A stretch of 27,933 nucleotides of DNA from an uncultured archaeon (GTDB lineage: Archaea; Asgardarchaeota; Lokiarchaeia; Sigyniarchaeales; SOKP01), in the NCBI GenBank assembly GCA_964525635.1, contig CAZGJX010000050.1:1-27933 (forward strand), read 5' to 3'. Numbering within the stretch: position 1 is the first letter of the stretch; every line of letters begins with the position of its first letter. A program made the translations under genes and the position numbers. Shown piece by piece: positions 9,353 through 18,188 of the stretch. The notes below the pieces were generated by a model. That model made no database searches, was not told the origin of the DNA, and saw only the letters and a program-made list of their open reading frames with translations.

Positions 9353-9508
9353 ATGGTCCGTTCATTTACTATAGGTGAAAAAGCAAAACAAATTGACCAA
9401 AAAAAAATTGGAGATCGAATGAAAATTCGAAGAAAAACTATAGGAAAAATAATAGCTACAATAATTATCTATTTTTTAACTATGGGTATATTCTCTTTCT
9501 TTCTGTGA
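9353..9508 (+). CDS. Small (51 aa) C-terminally membrane-anchored protein; stop codon supplied by the inserted element
   Basis: MVRSFTIGEKAKQIDQKKIGDRMKIRRKTIGKIIATIIIYFLTMGIFSFFL*: basic N-terminus plus one TM segment. The TGA lies inside the element right end. Confidence 0.5.
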   Translation: MVRSFTIGEKAKQIDQKKIGDRMKIRRKTIGKIIATIIIYFLTMGIFSFFL

Positions 9509-9648
9509 ACTATAAACAGTCTAAAGACCGTTGCCCCCTACGAGTACACAACCACTTCTACTACGGGTTGGCCTGTTTATCGTAGAAAACCATTCCATCA
9601 TATTAGGAATGATTCCTCGTTCACAGAGGTTTCATGTGATAAGAAATT
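9485..9648 (-). ncRNA. Stand-alone TnpB omegaRNA; putative guide AGAAAGAAAGAGAATATACC
   Basis: Homology to the tnpB 3'/right-end region with compensatory changes in the terminal hairpin; GTGAAC/GTTCAC pseudoknot pairing. Confidence 0.7.
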
Positions 9649-9786
9649 GAATTTTTAACAGTATTCAATTTCCTTCCTAATTTATTAACATAGAATTACT
9701 GAAAAAATGTAAGATTCTTATGATTTACTAAATTTTTTTTCAAACTTAATTCATCATCTCCCTAAGAGGAGGTATTTTCTTGAGCA
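9505..9786 (-). mobile_element. Non-autonomous IS200/IS605 mini-element (PATE/MITE-like): left end, omegaRNA and right end, no ORF
   Basis: Minus strand begins TGCTCAA..TTAGGGAGATGATGAATTAAG (cf. 34-77) and ends with ~144 nt about 78% identical (manual alignment) to 1342-1484, terminating TAGTTCAC. Confidence 0.85.
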
Positions 9787-9906
9787 ATTATGATAAATAA
9801 AAAATTACTTAATTAATTCTGTTTTATTTTTTAATAGATTAGGTTTTATAATTAAAAAAAAAATAAGATTAATTCATTTTTGAAAATAGAATTTGAATTT
9901 AATAAG

Positions 9907-9999
9907 GGCCTTTGTCGGTTAGAGTGGTCTCTGACGCTGGGCTTCAAACCCAGTTATCCTGCGGAGGGATAGCGGTTCGATTCCGCACGAAGGCCGCCA
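9907..9999 (+). tRNA. selC: tRNA-Sec (UCA), archaeal/eukaryal 9/4 fold, CCA encoded
   Basis: 9-bp acceptor GGCCTTTGT/ACGAAGGCC, 7-bp D stem with 4-nt loop, anticodon TCA at 9944-9946, long variable arm, 4-bp T stem GCGG/CCGC, G discriminator plus CCA. Confidence 0.96.
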
Positions 10000-10130
10000 T
10001 TTCTATATAAATAAAAAAAAGTTTTACAGTAATTTCATATTTTCAGATTGAGTAATTAAAATTATTTTTAATAATAATTTAAATAAAAGTAATCTGAATA
10101 TTGAATTTATAACCATTAATATAATTTTTA

Positions 10131-11507
10131 GTGTTTAGTTTGGTAGATCTAAATAAAATCATTGATTATTTTAAAGAATCTAAAATCCCAGAAAGTATAT
10201 TAAATAGAGGAAGAATAGTATTAAAAGATTATATCACTCCAATAAAGGTTTTATTAGAACAGAAAGGAGTGCCTGATAATCCATGGAATGATGAGAAAAT
10301 TGAGTTTTTTCTGAATATATTATCTCAAATGGATACAGATAAAGATGAAAAAGCTGCAAAAGTAGGAGAAAGAGAAGCTAGAATAGCATCAAGCATACAA
10401 TTAAAACTTTCTGCTGGTTTTTGTCATGGAATTGGAAGGAGTGGTAGCTTAAATGCACCTCAACCTAAAGCTTCTGGAAGTTCAATTTTGTATGAAATAA
10501 CGAATTATCTTGCTAGAGATATTATGAGAAAGTTTGGTTTACCAAATATTAAAGCTGCTATAATAGTACCAGTTGCTACTGGAATGGCTTTAGCTTTAGT
10601 TTTATCTGCATTTAAACCAAATTTGGAAAATAAAGATACTTCAAATAAAAGAAAAGTGTTGATTCCTCAATTAGATCATAATTCAATTTTAAAAGCTATT
10701 GTTTTTTCTGGTTTTAAACCAAAAATAATAGAGGGAAAAATTTTTGGTGATGCTGTACGCGTTCCTATTGAGGATATAAGAGCATCATTCGATAGTGAAT
10801 GTTTTGCAATATTATCTTTTACTAGTTTTTTTCCTCCAAGAGAGGCTGATGATATAAAGGAAATAAGCAAACTAGCTGATGAAAAAAATCTTGTTCATAT
10901 TATAATTAATGCTTATGGTGTACAAAGTCCTGAGTGGATGAAATTAATCCGTTCTGCTATAGATTCGGGAAGAGTTGATGCAATAATTCAATCTACCGAT
11001 AAGAATTTTCTAACTCCCGTAGGAGGAGCTTTAATTGCTTCTCCAGTTGAAGAAAAAATTCATATTATTAGTAACGCATATCCGGGCAGAGCATCTTCCT
11101 CCCCTATTGTTAATTTTCTTGTCTCTATTTTATCCTTAGGATATAAAGGATATGATAAATTAATAAAGACTCAACAGGAAAATCGTAAGCTTTTAGAAGA
11201 AGAACTTGGAAAAGTTGCAGAAGTATTAAATGAAAGATTATTGAATATCTCTAATCCCGTTGCTGTAGCATTAACATTAAAAAATTTGGAGAAAGACGAA
11301 TTATATGCTTTAGGTGGAGCTTTATATAACCTTAGAGTAACTGGTCCAAGAGTTTATGATCCTCAACAAAATCCATTTGGTACTTGCACAAAAATATATC
11401 CTACACCTTATATAGTTATGAATGCTGCTATTGGATCATCAACAAAGGATATAAAAAAAGCTGTAAAAAGATTTAAAAAAGCCTATTCTCAAATTATAAA
11501 AAATTAA
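10131..11507 (+). CDS. spcS: O-phosphoseryl-tRNA(Sec) selenium transferase (SepSecS)
   Basis: GEREAR, FCHGIGRSG..QPKASGSS, P.ATGM, NAYGVQ, PLP-lysine QSTDKNF, YPGRAS; directly downstream of tRNA-Sec. Confidence 0.96.
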   Translation: MFSLVDLNKIIDYFKESKIPESILNRGRIVLKDYITPIKVLLEQKGVPDNPWNDEKIEFFLNILSQMDTDKDEKAAKVGEREARIASSIQLKLSAGFCHGIGRSGSLNAPQPKASGSSILYEITNYLARDIMRKFGLPNIKAAIIVPVATGMALALVLSAFKPNLENKDTSNKRKVLIPQLDHNSILKAIVFSGFKPKIIEGKIFGDAVRVPIEDIRASFDSECFAILSFTSFFPPREADDIKEISKLADEKNLVHIIINAYGVQSPEWMKLIRSAIDSGRVDAIIQSTDKNFLTPVGGALIASPVEEKIHIISNAYPGRASSSPIVNFLVSILSLGYKGYDKLIKTQQENRKLLEEELGKVAEVLNERLLNISNPVAVALTLKNLEKDELYALGGALYNLRVTGPRVYDPQQNPFGTCTKIYPTPYIVMNAAIGSSTKDIKKAVKRFKKAYSQIIKN

Positions 11508-11663
11508 AATAAAAGATCAAAAATATTTAGATTAAATCAAAATATAAAAATTTAAAATAATAATAATTATATTTTATTAAGATAAGAAGATTTTTTTTTA
11601 GTTTTTTGATAGATTCTTCAGATTATAATATATAATATATAATATAGTAGAAAAGGAATATTT

Positions 11664-12341
11664 ATGGAAAATAGGCTCCTAAATCAGTTTAATAATGTTA
11701 TTTCAATTGAATGGTTGACTGAAGAAATTAATGTACCTATTAAACCATTAAATTCTAGAGAATTATTTGAATTAGCATATCATACCGCTAATAGCATAAG
11801 TACTCGATGTGTATTAATAAAATTGGTTCATGATTTTAAGGAAGGATCAAAAGCAATTTTATATTCACAAAATAAAACTTTTACATCTATAGAATCATTT
11901 GATAATAGTATTAATTTAAAAAAATTTTATAATGAAGAAGAAAATATAACTAAATTGTCAGATGTATTATTACCCCTACTTAAGAAAAGAAAAGACAAAT
12001 TCAACAGTAAAGACAAAGATTTTAAAATCCAAATGTTGAAAACTATATTAGTTGAGAGAAAAATTGATGAATGTGCCAATTTAGTTATGTTAAAAGATAT
12101 TAATCGAAAAATTTATTTTGCAATTGGTGATGCTCGTGAATCTGCTGCTGTTGTACCAATATTTATGGGAGCTGAAGGGTCCAGCTTAGTTCAATTAGCA
12201 CTTAATAAATGGATGGCAACCGCTCAGAATCTTCCCCCAGAAGAAACTTTTCCAGAGCATAAAGTACCTGGTTTACTTAAGAATCTAATGCAAATAAAAC
12301 GATGGATTTTAAATTTAATATCTTCCCAGTTGGATGGATAA
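11664..12341 (+). CDS. Hypothetical protein
   Basis: 225-aa ORF with purine-rich leader; no recognised motif. Confidence 0.7.
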   Translation: MENRLLNQFNNVISIEWLTEEINVPIKPLNSRELFELAYHTANSISTRCVLIKLVHDFKEGSKAILYSQNKTFTSIESFDNSINLKKFYNEEENITKLSDVLLPLLKKRKDKFNSKDKDFKIQMLKTILVERKIDECANLVMLKDINRKIYFAIGDARESAAVVPIFMGAEGSSLVQLALNKWMATAQNLPPEETFPEHKVPGLLKNLMQIKRWILNLISSQLDG

Positions 12342-12413
12342 ATGAAATAAAAAGAATTACTAATACATAATTGAGAGACTTTTTAAAAAATAATGTTTAT
12401 TTTAAGAAAATAA

Positions 12414-12594
12414 TGGTCCAGGTGGGATTTTCATCCAATTCTTAATTAGAAATTTATTTCGAACCCACGATATCAGGCTTTTACTGAAATGGACTTTTTT
12501 ATGTATTTGTATGTCCATCGGTCATTTATAAGACCTGCGCTTGTGACCAAGCTTAGAAATCCTATGCTCGCTTACCAAGCTAAGCCACTGGACC
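12414..12594 (-). tRNA. tRNA-Ile(UAU) with three introns (about 12571-12542, 12526-12480, 12457-12428)
   Basis: Removing 30+47+30 nt gives a 74-nt cloverleaf GGTCCAG TG GCTT AGCTTGGTA AAGC G CAGGT CTTATAA GCCTG ATATC GTGGG TTCGAAT CCCAC CTGGACC A. Each junction forms a BHB-like motif; anticodon TAT at 12530-12528. Confidence 0.88.
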
Positions 12595-12914
12595 ATTTTA
12601 AGACTTAATTTTATAAAAGAATAATTTAATTATAACTCTAATTGGTTTTTAATATTCAATAATTTAACCATTAGTGATTTATTATTCATTTAAAATCAAA
12701 TCTATATTATAATTTTAAAAGCATGAAATTATAAAAATTTTATTTAATATAAAGAAGGAAGTTGTAATTAATTTAATTTAATAACTGAAAAAGTTTAAAT
12801 AGATTAAAAAAGGTGATTAATGTAATAGTAAATATTATAAGTGTAATTCTTAATCATTTACTAAATGAAAGAAATTAAAATTAAGAAAGAAAAGATTATT
12901 TAGGTGATTTTAAA

Positions 12915-13340
12915 ATGGCAGAGATGCTAACAGATCTTCTTCAAAATATTTATGGTCGAATTGCTCAGCTAGGAAAGGCAATTCAAGAATTAAAAACGAG
13001 TATGGATGGATTAAATCAAAATATTGAAGAGAAAATAACTAATCTTAATGAGAAGATGACTAATTTTTCACAAGAAATATCAAATACACAAACAAAACAT
13101 TTAGATGTTCTTAAGGATATAGGGGAAGGGACTTCAGAAGAGATTCAACAAATACAAGAAGGTCTAGGATTAAACGCTTTAAAAAAAATGATATCTGACA
13201 TGGATGATTTTTCAAAATTAGCTAAAGAAGTATTAAATCAAGATACAGTTAATTTATTATTATCTGAAGCAATTTCTTGCGTAAAAACTTTAAAACAACA
13301 ACAAGGAACACCAACAGTTGAAGAGGAAGAGAAAAAATAA
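12915..13340 (+). CDS. Hypothetical coiled-coil protein
   Basis: Heptad pattern; SD AGGTGA upstream. Confidence 0.75.
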   Translation: MAEMLTDLLQNIYGRIAQLGKAIQELKTSMDGLNQNIEEKITNLNEKMTNFSQEISNTQTKHLDVLKDIGEGTSEEIQQIQEGLGLNALKKMISDMDDFSKLAKEVLNQDTVNLLLSEAISCVKTLKQQQGTPTVEEEEKK

Positions 13341-13547
13341 TCTAAAACCAACTAATCCTTTATTTAAATTTATAAGATCTCTCCTTTTTATTAAAAATCT
13401 GCTTTTAAATATCTTGGATAAAATTGTTTTTATAATTATCTTAAAGATAATAATATAAGACACTATTCGCTAAAATTTAAATATTTATAAAAGATGATTA
13501 TTAATAATAAAGGAAAAATATAGAATTTTAAAAAATAGGCGCTGTAT

Positions 13548-13979
13548 ATGGCTGACCCCATGGAAAATCTTCTTAATGAAATGATTACTAAAATTGAACA
13601 AATCATGAGTTCTTTAGATGGAACAATCGCTCAGATAGGGAATATGAATGAATTAATTAATCAAATGAGTAATAGATTTTCCCAAGAGATTGTCAGTTTA
13701 ACAGAAAATGTTAGACTTATTGTAGAAGTCCTAAAACAATTTCGAGTTCAAACAAGTAAAAGTGTACAGGAATTATCTAGTGAAATAAATGATAAAATTA
13801 AGGAACTATGGGATAAAAAATCTATTGAGGTAATCTTAGATGATGAGAAGAAAGCAATTGGTACCATTAAAAATGCTCAAAAAGCAGTATCAGACAATTT
13901 ATATTTTGCTCAACTTCTCACAATTATTCAATCAATTCGAGAAGAAACAAATAGAATTCTAAGTAGTTGTAATTTATAG
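13548..13979 (+). CDS. Hypothetical coiled-coil protein (possible paralogue of the preceding gene)
   Basis: Similar length (143 vs 141 aa) and N-terminal pattern LL..(I/M)..(R/K)I.Q. Confidence 0.75.
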   Translation: MADPMENLLNEMITKIEQIMSSLDGTIAQIGNMNELINQMSNRFSQEIVSLTENVRLIVEVLKQFRVQTSKSVQELSSEINDKIKELWDKKSIEVILDDEKKAIGTIKNAQKAVSDNLYFAQLLTIIQSIREETNRILSSCNL

Positions 13980-14163
13980 TTTTATTAATTTTTATTTTTA
14001 TTTTATCTTGATCCGTGAGTTATTCTCTATTTGATAAAAAGGAATGAATCAAGGAAGAAATAGTTCTAAAATTGGCTCTTTTTTAAATAAAAAAAAATAT
14101 AAATTACATTAGAAAAGAAGTTATCGTTGAATTTTAGATCCCTTTTTTTTACAGTGAAAAGAA

Positions 14164-14865
14164 TCATTTTTTTTTATCTTTTTCTTTAATATATTTTTTT
14201 ATTGATTGCAAGATATCATAATCAATATTCTTTTGATTTAGTTCTGAGATTTCATGGTTATATACCTTATTGATAAATTTCACAATTATTTTTGCTGTAG
14301 CACCCCATATTAAATAATTTTTTTTTTTTTTAGGACTATAATAATTATAATAAAAAATAGGATATTGAATTTCTTCTATTTTGAAAAATTCTTCTTTAAA
14401 ATTCTTTTTTTTTACAAAAAAATCTATAGGAACTTTTATAATATCTTGAACTTCTCTTTCTTCTGGTATCAATTCTGAGTCAGGAAAGATCTTCGCTACA
14501 AAAGGTGTTATAATATATCTCGTGGTTGTAGGAATATCATCTAAACACCCTAGGATTTTTATTTTTTTTCTTGAGATCCCTATTTCTTCTTCTGTTTCTC
14601 TTAAAACCGTGTCTAGTAAATCCTTATCTTTATCTGGATTGAATTTTCCTCCTGGAAATGCCATTTCCCCTGGATGATGTACCCCCATGTTCGTTCTCTG
14701 AATAATTATTAATTCATATGGTTTATTTTCATTGGGTAGAATTGTAAATAAAACTGCAGAATTAGTAAAATATTGATCTTTTAATCTAATACGGTTAAGA
14801 GAATTAAAATGATATAATTTAGATTTTATAAGAGTTTCATTAAAAATAGGATCAATTAATGGCAT
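14164..14865 (-). CDS. CoA pyrophosphatase (Nudix, NudL/Pcd1 family)
   Basis: SAVL, HPGEMAFPGGK, LRETEEEIG, ITPFVA, IWGATA motifs. Confidence 0.9.
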   Translation of the reverse strand: MPLIDPIFNETLIKSKLYHFNSLNRIRLKDQYFTNSAVLFTILPNENKPYELIIIQRTNMGVHHPGEMAFPGGKFNPDKDKDLLDTVLRETEEEIGISRKKIKILGCLDDIPTTTRYIITPFVAKIFPDSELIPEEREVQDIIKVPIDFFVKKKNFKEEFFKIEEIQYPIFYYNYYSPKKKKNYLIWGATAKIIVKFINKVYNHEISELNQKNIDYDILQSIKKYIKEKDKKK

Positions 14866-14942
14866 TTATCGCAAAATTTTAAGATTATCCTTAATTGTTA
14901 AAAATAATATTTATTCTAATAAAATTTTTAGTAGATTAGTTG

Positions 14943-15245
14943 ATGAATTTGAAATTACCTAAAGAATTACATGATAGACGGGATCTCGACTCAAAAATTG
15001 GGAAAACCAAAAAATGTACGATTAAAGGATGTAAAAAAACTGCCATCCGAAGTGTCTCTGAAAATAAATGGAAGGATTATATTGAAAAAGCAGGTTTTTC
15101 ATTTATTGAAAACAGAGCGAAGAAAGTCTATATATGTAGAGATCATTATAAAGAAGTAAAAAAAGTGAAGCAAAAAGAGGAGAAATTTTCCCAGAAAAAA
15201 GGATTTTTAAATGATGCTCTGCCTTATAGAAGAATGGGATTTTAA
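14943..15245 (+). CDS. Small basic putative zinc-binding protein
   Basis: CTIKGC..AIRS..ICRDHYK (C3H pattern). Confidence 0.65.
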   Translation: MNLKLPKELHDRRDLDSKIGKTKKCTIKGCKKTAIRSVSENKWKDYIEKAGFSFIENRAKKVYICRDHYKEVKKVKQKEEKFSQKKGFLNDALPYRRMGF

Positions 15246-15276
15246 GGCTTTAAATAAATAATAATAAGAAAATCAT

Positions 15277-15402
15277 CTAAGGAGATGCTATCATTTTTTG
15301 TATCATAGGTTCTATATGAATAAAATCAGATAATACAAGACCATAAGTTATAAGTGATAATGCTACTATTAGAAAAATTATACCTATTAGTTTTTTTCTC
15401 AT
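15277..15402 (-). CDS. Putative 41-aa single-TM small protein
   Basis: MRKKLIGIIFLIVALSLITYGLVLSDFIHIEPMIQKMIASP*; fills the intergenic gap and is co-oriented with the upstream gene. Confidence 0.4.
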   Translation of the reverse strand: MRKKLIGIIFLIVALSLITYGLVLSDFIHIEPMIQKMIASP

Positions 15403-15448
15403 TGTTATTTTTTTTTAGTTAATTAAGATAAATAAAGATTTCTCTTTG

Positions 15449-16339
15449 TTATTTGGTAAGTTTTTCTAATGTACTAATCTTTGCTTCAACTTTCTTCAAT
15501 TTAAATTCTAAATCCTTTTTCGTCTTCTCATATACTTCTTTATCTATTTCTTTTGAAGAAAATTTACCTTTGTTTAATTTTAGTTCTCCAATGGTATCTG
15601 TTTTCTCTATTTTTAACTCACCAATCCATTGTAGCATACCATCTTTTAAATCAGTTCTCTCTTGTTCTTGTGATTCTTTTTCATTTTTATATCGATCTCT
15701 CAATTTCTCAAATGTATCTTTATCTATTTTTTTTAATCTATATTCTCGAGTTAAATTTTTAAGTTGATAGACTTTAGCATCAATTTTATTATTTAATTTT
15801 TGAATAATGAAAACATCATCCATTTCTTTCTCAATTTCTTTTTCTCTATCTTTTAATTCTTGTATTAAAGACTTTAACGCTTTAAATTTAATATTAACTT
15901 TCTCTTTATAATCAAAATCATATTCATATTCTTCAGCTTTCATCATTTGTGAAACACCATTTAGTTTTTCAACTAAAGTTTGTTTATGAAATTGAATATC
16001 TGAAAATTCTGCATAGATTTCTATTTGATGTTTTACATCATCAGGTAATGGTTTAATTTCTTTTTTTTCTTTTTTTTTTTCTTTCACAACTTCTTCTTTT
16101 TCTTTTTCCTCCTCTTCTTCCTCTTTTTCTTCCTCTATCTCTTCTTCTTTTTTATCGGATTTAGATTTTTCTTCTGACTTAGATTCTTCTTTTGATTTTT
16201 GAATATCTTCTTGTAAGGTTTCTTCTGCTTTCTTTTTCTCTTTCTTAGGAAGATCTACAATAAGAGGCTTTCCACAAATAATACAATATTTATCTGATTG
16301 ACGAACTGGATTCCCACAATATGGACAAAATTTAGCCAT
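15449..16339 (-). CDS. Zinc-ribbon plus acidic linker plus coiled-coil protein (CdvA-like C-terminal pattern)
   Basis: CPYC..CIIC, E/K-rich linker, two KID..(F/Y)EK-type helical repeats. Confidence 0.7.
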   Translation of the reverse strand: MAKFCPYCGNPVRQSDKYCIICGKPLIVDLPKKEKKKAEETLQEDIQKSKEESKSEEKSKSDKKEEEIEEEKEEEEEEKEKEEVVKEKKKEKKEIKPLPDDVKHQIEIYAEFSDIQFHKQTLVEKLNGVSQMMKAEEYEYDFDYKEKVNIKFKALKSLIQELKDREKEIEKEMDDVFIIQKLNNKIDAKVYQLKNLTREYRLKKIDKDTFEKLRDRYKNEKESQEQERTDLKDGMLQWIGELKIEKTDTIGELKLNKGKFSSKEIDKEVYEKTKKDLEFKLKKVEAKISTLEKLTK

Positions 16340-16628
16340 GGATAAATACCTTTTTTTTTATTTTTTATCAATAATTATAATTAAAAACAAAATTTAAATA
16401 AATAAATCTATAGTAGGCTATTTTTTATTTATTTGTTTTTTTAATTAGAATTATATTTTTAATATTTTAGATATTTAAAAAAAGTTATATTTATCTATGA
16501 ACTTATATCTTTTCGTTGATGAAATAATTGAATAAAATATAATCTTTATATATATACATTTTAAAGATCAAGAATGATTCCATTGACACGTCTATTTTAT
16601 TTCAGATTTATTGAAGGAATACTTAATA

Positions 16629-18041
16629 CTAATTAGCATGAAAATTCCTGAGTTCTTTTAAAATAACAGGATCATTAACATTAATGTTTAAAGTATTATT
16701 TTCAATACCCACAATTACAGAGCCTTTAGTCCCAAAAGTATCCAAAATTTTAGTAAATGGTGATTCTAACTTTTTTCCTAATATTTTTCTAGCACCAATT
16801 AAACTCTGAGCTAATCCTGTACAGATATATCCTTGAGGATGGTCAATGTTAGTGATTCGTCCTGTCTTCTTTTTATATTTATAAAATAATGGTGTTTTAT
16901 CATGGATCTCTATTAATCTTGAGGCTCCTAATATTCTTAAAGTGGTTGGAGGTAAATCCAATCTACTTAAGAGCATAATATTCCTTTTTTTTCTAATTAA
17001 TATCTTCTCATTTAATAATAATATCGCATTAAACTCAGTATCATCCACGGAAATTTGGGTTTTTACTTTTTTTCCTTCTATTTCTTTATATGGATAAATT
17101 TTACCCGCTTTAGTTATCATACCGATTGTTATATGGATTTGTGTTCCAAATTTGATATCATATTTGAATAATTTTGTTTTTTTTACATGTATTTCAACAA
17201 TATCAGTAAATTCGAATGCTTTTGGATTATCTGTTAAATAGCAACCTCTATATATCTGTCTAGTATCAATATTTTTAAGATTAATGCCTACTCTATGCCC
17301 TGCCTGAGCTGTTTCCGTAATTTGGCGAAAAATTTCGATATTTTTAACTCTTCCTTTCTTTTTTATTGGAAGGATAGATATTTCTTGATTTGATTTTATT
17401 TTTCCAGAAACAATAGTCCCTGTTATTATAGTACCTTTTCCTTTCAGATTAAAATAATGATCAATTGGTATGATTAGATCATCCATATAATCTCTTTTTA
17501 AATGTAATTTTTCTATAATTTTATAAATTCCTTCCTTTAATTGTTTAAATCCTATCTTATTTTTTGCTGAAACCGTGAAGATCGGAATATTTGAGCCAAA
17601 AGTAGTTGATTTAAAGAATTCTCTCATCTTATTTAATTCTGAATCAATATCTCCCCTAAATAAATCTATTTTATTGAGTACTACTACGATATTTTCTATG
17701 TTTAAGGATTCTATCATGATTAAATGTTCTCCTGTCTGTATTTGTGGTCCTTTGGTAATATCCACCACAACTAACGCTAAATCAATGATTTCTACAGAAG
17801 AAGCACTTATTTTTATCAAATCAGCATGACCGGGAGCATCAACTAGCGTTATTAAATAATTATCTAATATAAAACTAGTAAATCCTAAGTCTATTGTAAT
17901 ACCTCTCTCTTTACTTTGAGGATGAGCATCAATTCCAGCTGTTGAAATAATTTCAGAAAGTTCTTTAGCAATTGCTGTCTTTCCAGTATCAATATGTCCA
18001 AATAAACCTATATTAATTGGGATTTTATTGGTAATATCCAT
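16629..18041 (-). CDS. selB: Selenocysteine-specific elongation factor SelB/eEFSec (archaeal type)
   Basis: GHIDTGKT, ERGITIDLGF, DAPGH, QTGEH, NKID, PIDH.F..G.GT, RLDLPPTTLRI, C-terminal domain with TFGTKG. Confidence 0.94.
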   Translation of the reverse strand: MDITNKIPINIGLFGHIDTGKTAIAKELSEIISTAGIDAHPQSKERGITIDLGFTSFILDNYLITLVDAPGHADLIKISASSVEIIDLALVVVDITKGPQIQTGEHLIMIESLNIENIVVVLNKIDLFRGDIDSELNKMREFFKSTTFGSNIPIFTVSAKNKIGFKQLKEGIYKIIEKLHLKRDYMDDLIIPIDHYFNLKGKGTIITGTIVSGKIKSNQEISILPIKKKGRVKNIEIFRQITETAQAGHRVGINLKNIDTRQIYRGCYLTDNPKAFEFTDIVEIHVKKTKLFKYDIKFGTQIHITIGMITKAGKIYPYKEIEGKKVKTQISVDDTEFNAILLLNEKILIRKKRNIMLLSRLDLPPTTLRILGASRLIEIHDKTPLFYKYKKKTGRITNIDHPQGYICTGLAQSLIGARKILGKKLESPFTKILDTFGTKGSVIVGIENNTLNINVNDPVILKELRNFHAN

Positions 18042-18188
18042 AGTTCAACCTTTTAATTGTTTATAAAAAATATTCAATTATTAAGTATTTTCCATTGAGA
18101 AGCCAAATTTTATATTTTTAATACATATATTAATTATAACAAATTTTTATAAATAATCAAACGGTTATAATATTAGAGGTTTCAAAAG

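Noticed and set aside
9353-9560. TGA at 9506 as a selenocysteine codon, given the nearby tRNA-Sec
   Set aside because: The TGA belongs to the mobile element end, readthrough has no selenoprotein-like context, and no SECIS was recognised
12878-12900. Possible in-window target of the stand-alone guide (AGAAAGAAA match)
   Set aside because: Only about 9 nt of low-complexity match and not preceded by the inferred TRAT motif
16060-16250. Low-complexity TC-rich repeats
   Set aside because: They encode the Glu/Lys-rich linker of the 15449-16339 protein; not a separate repeat or CRISPR array
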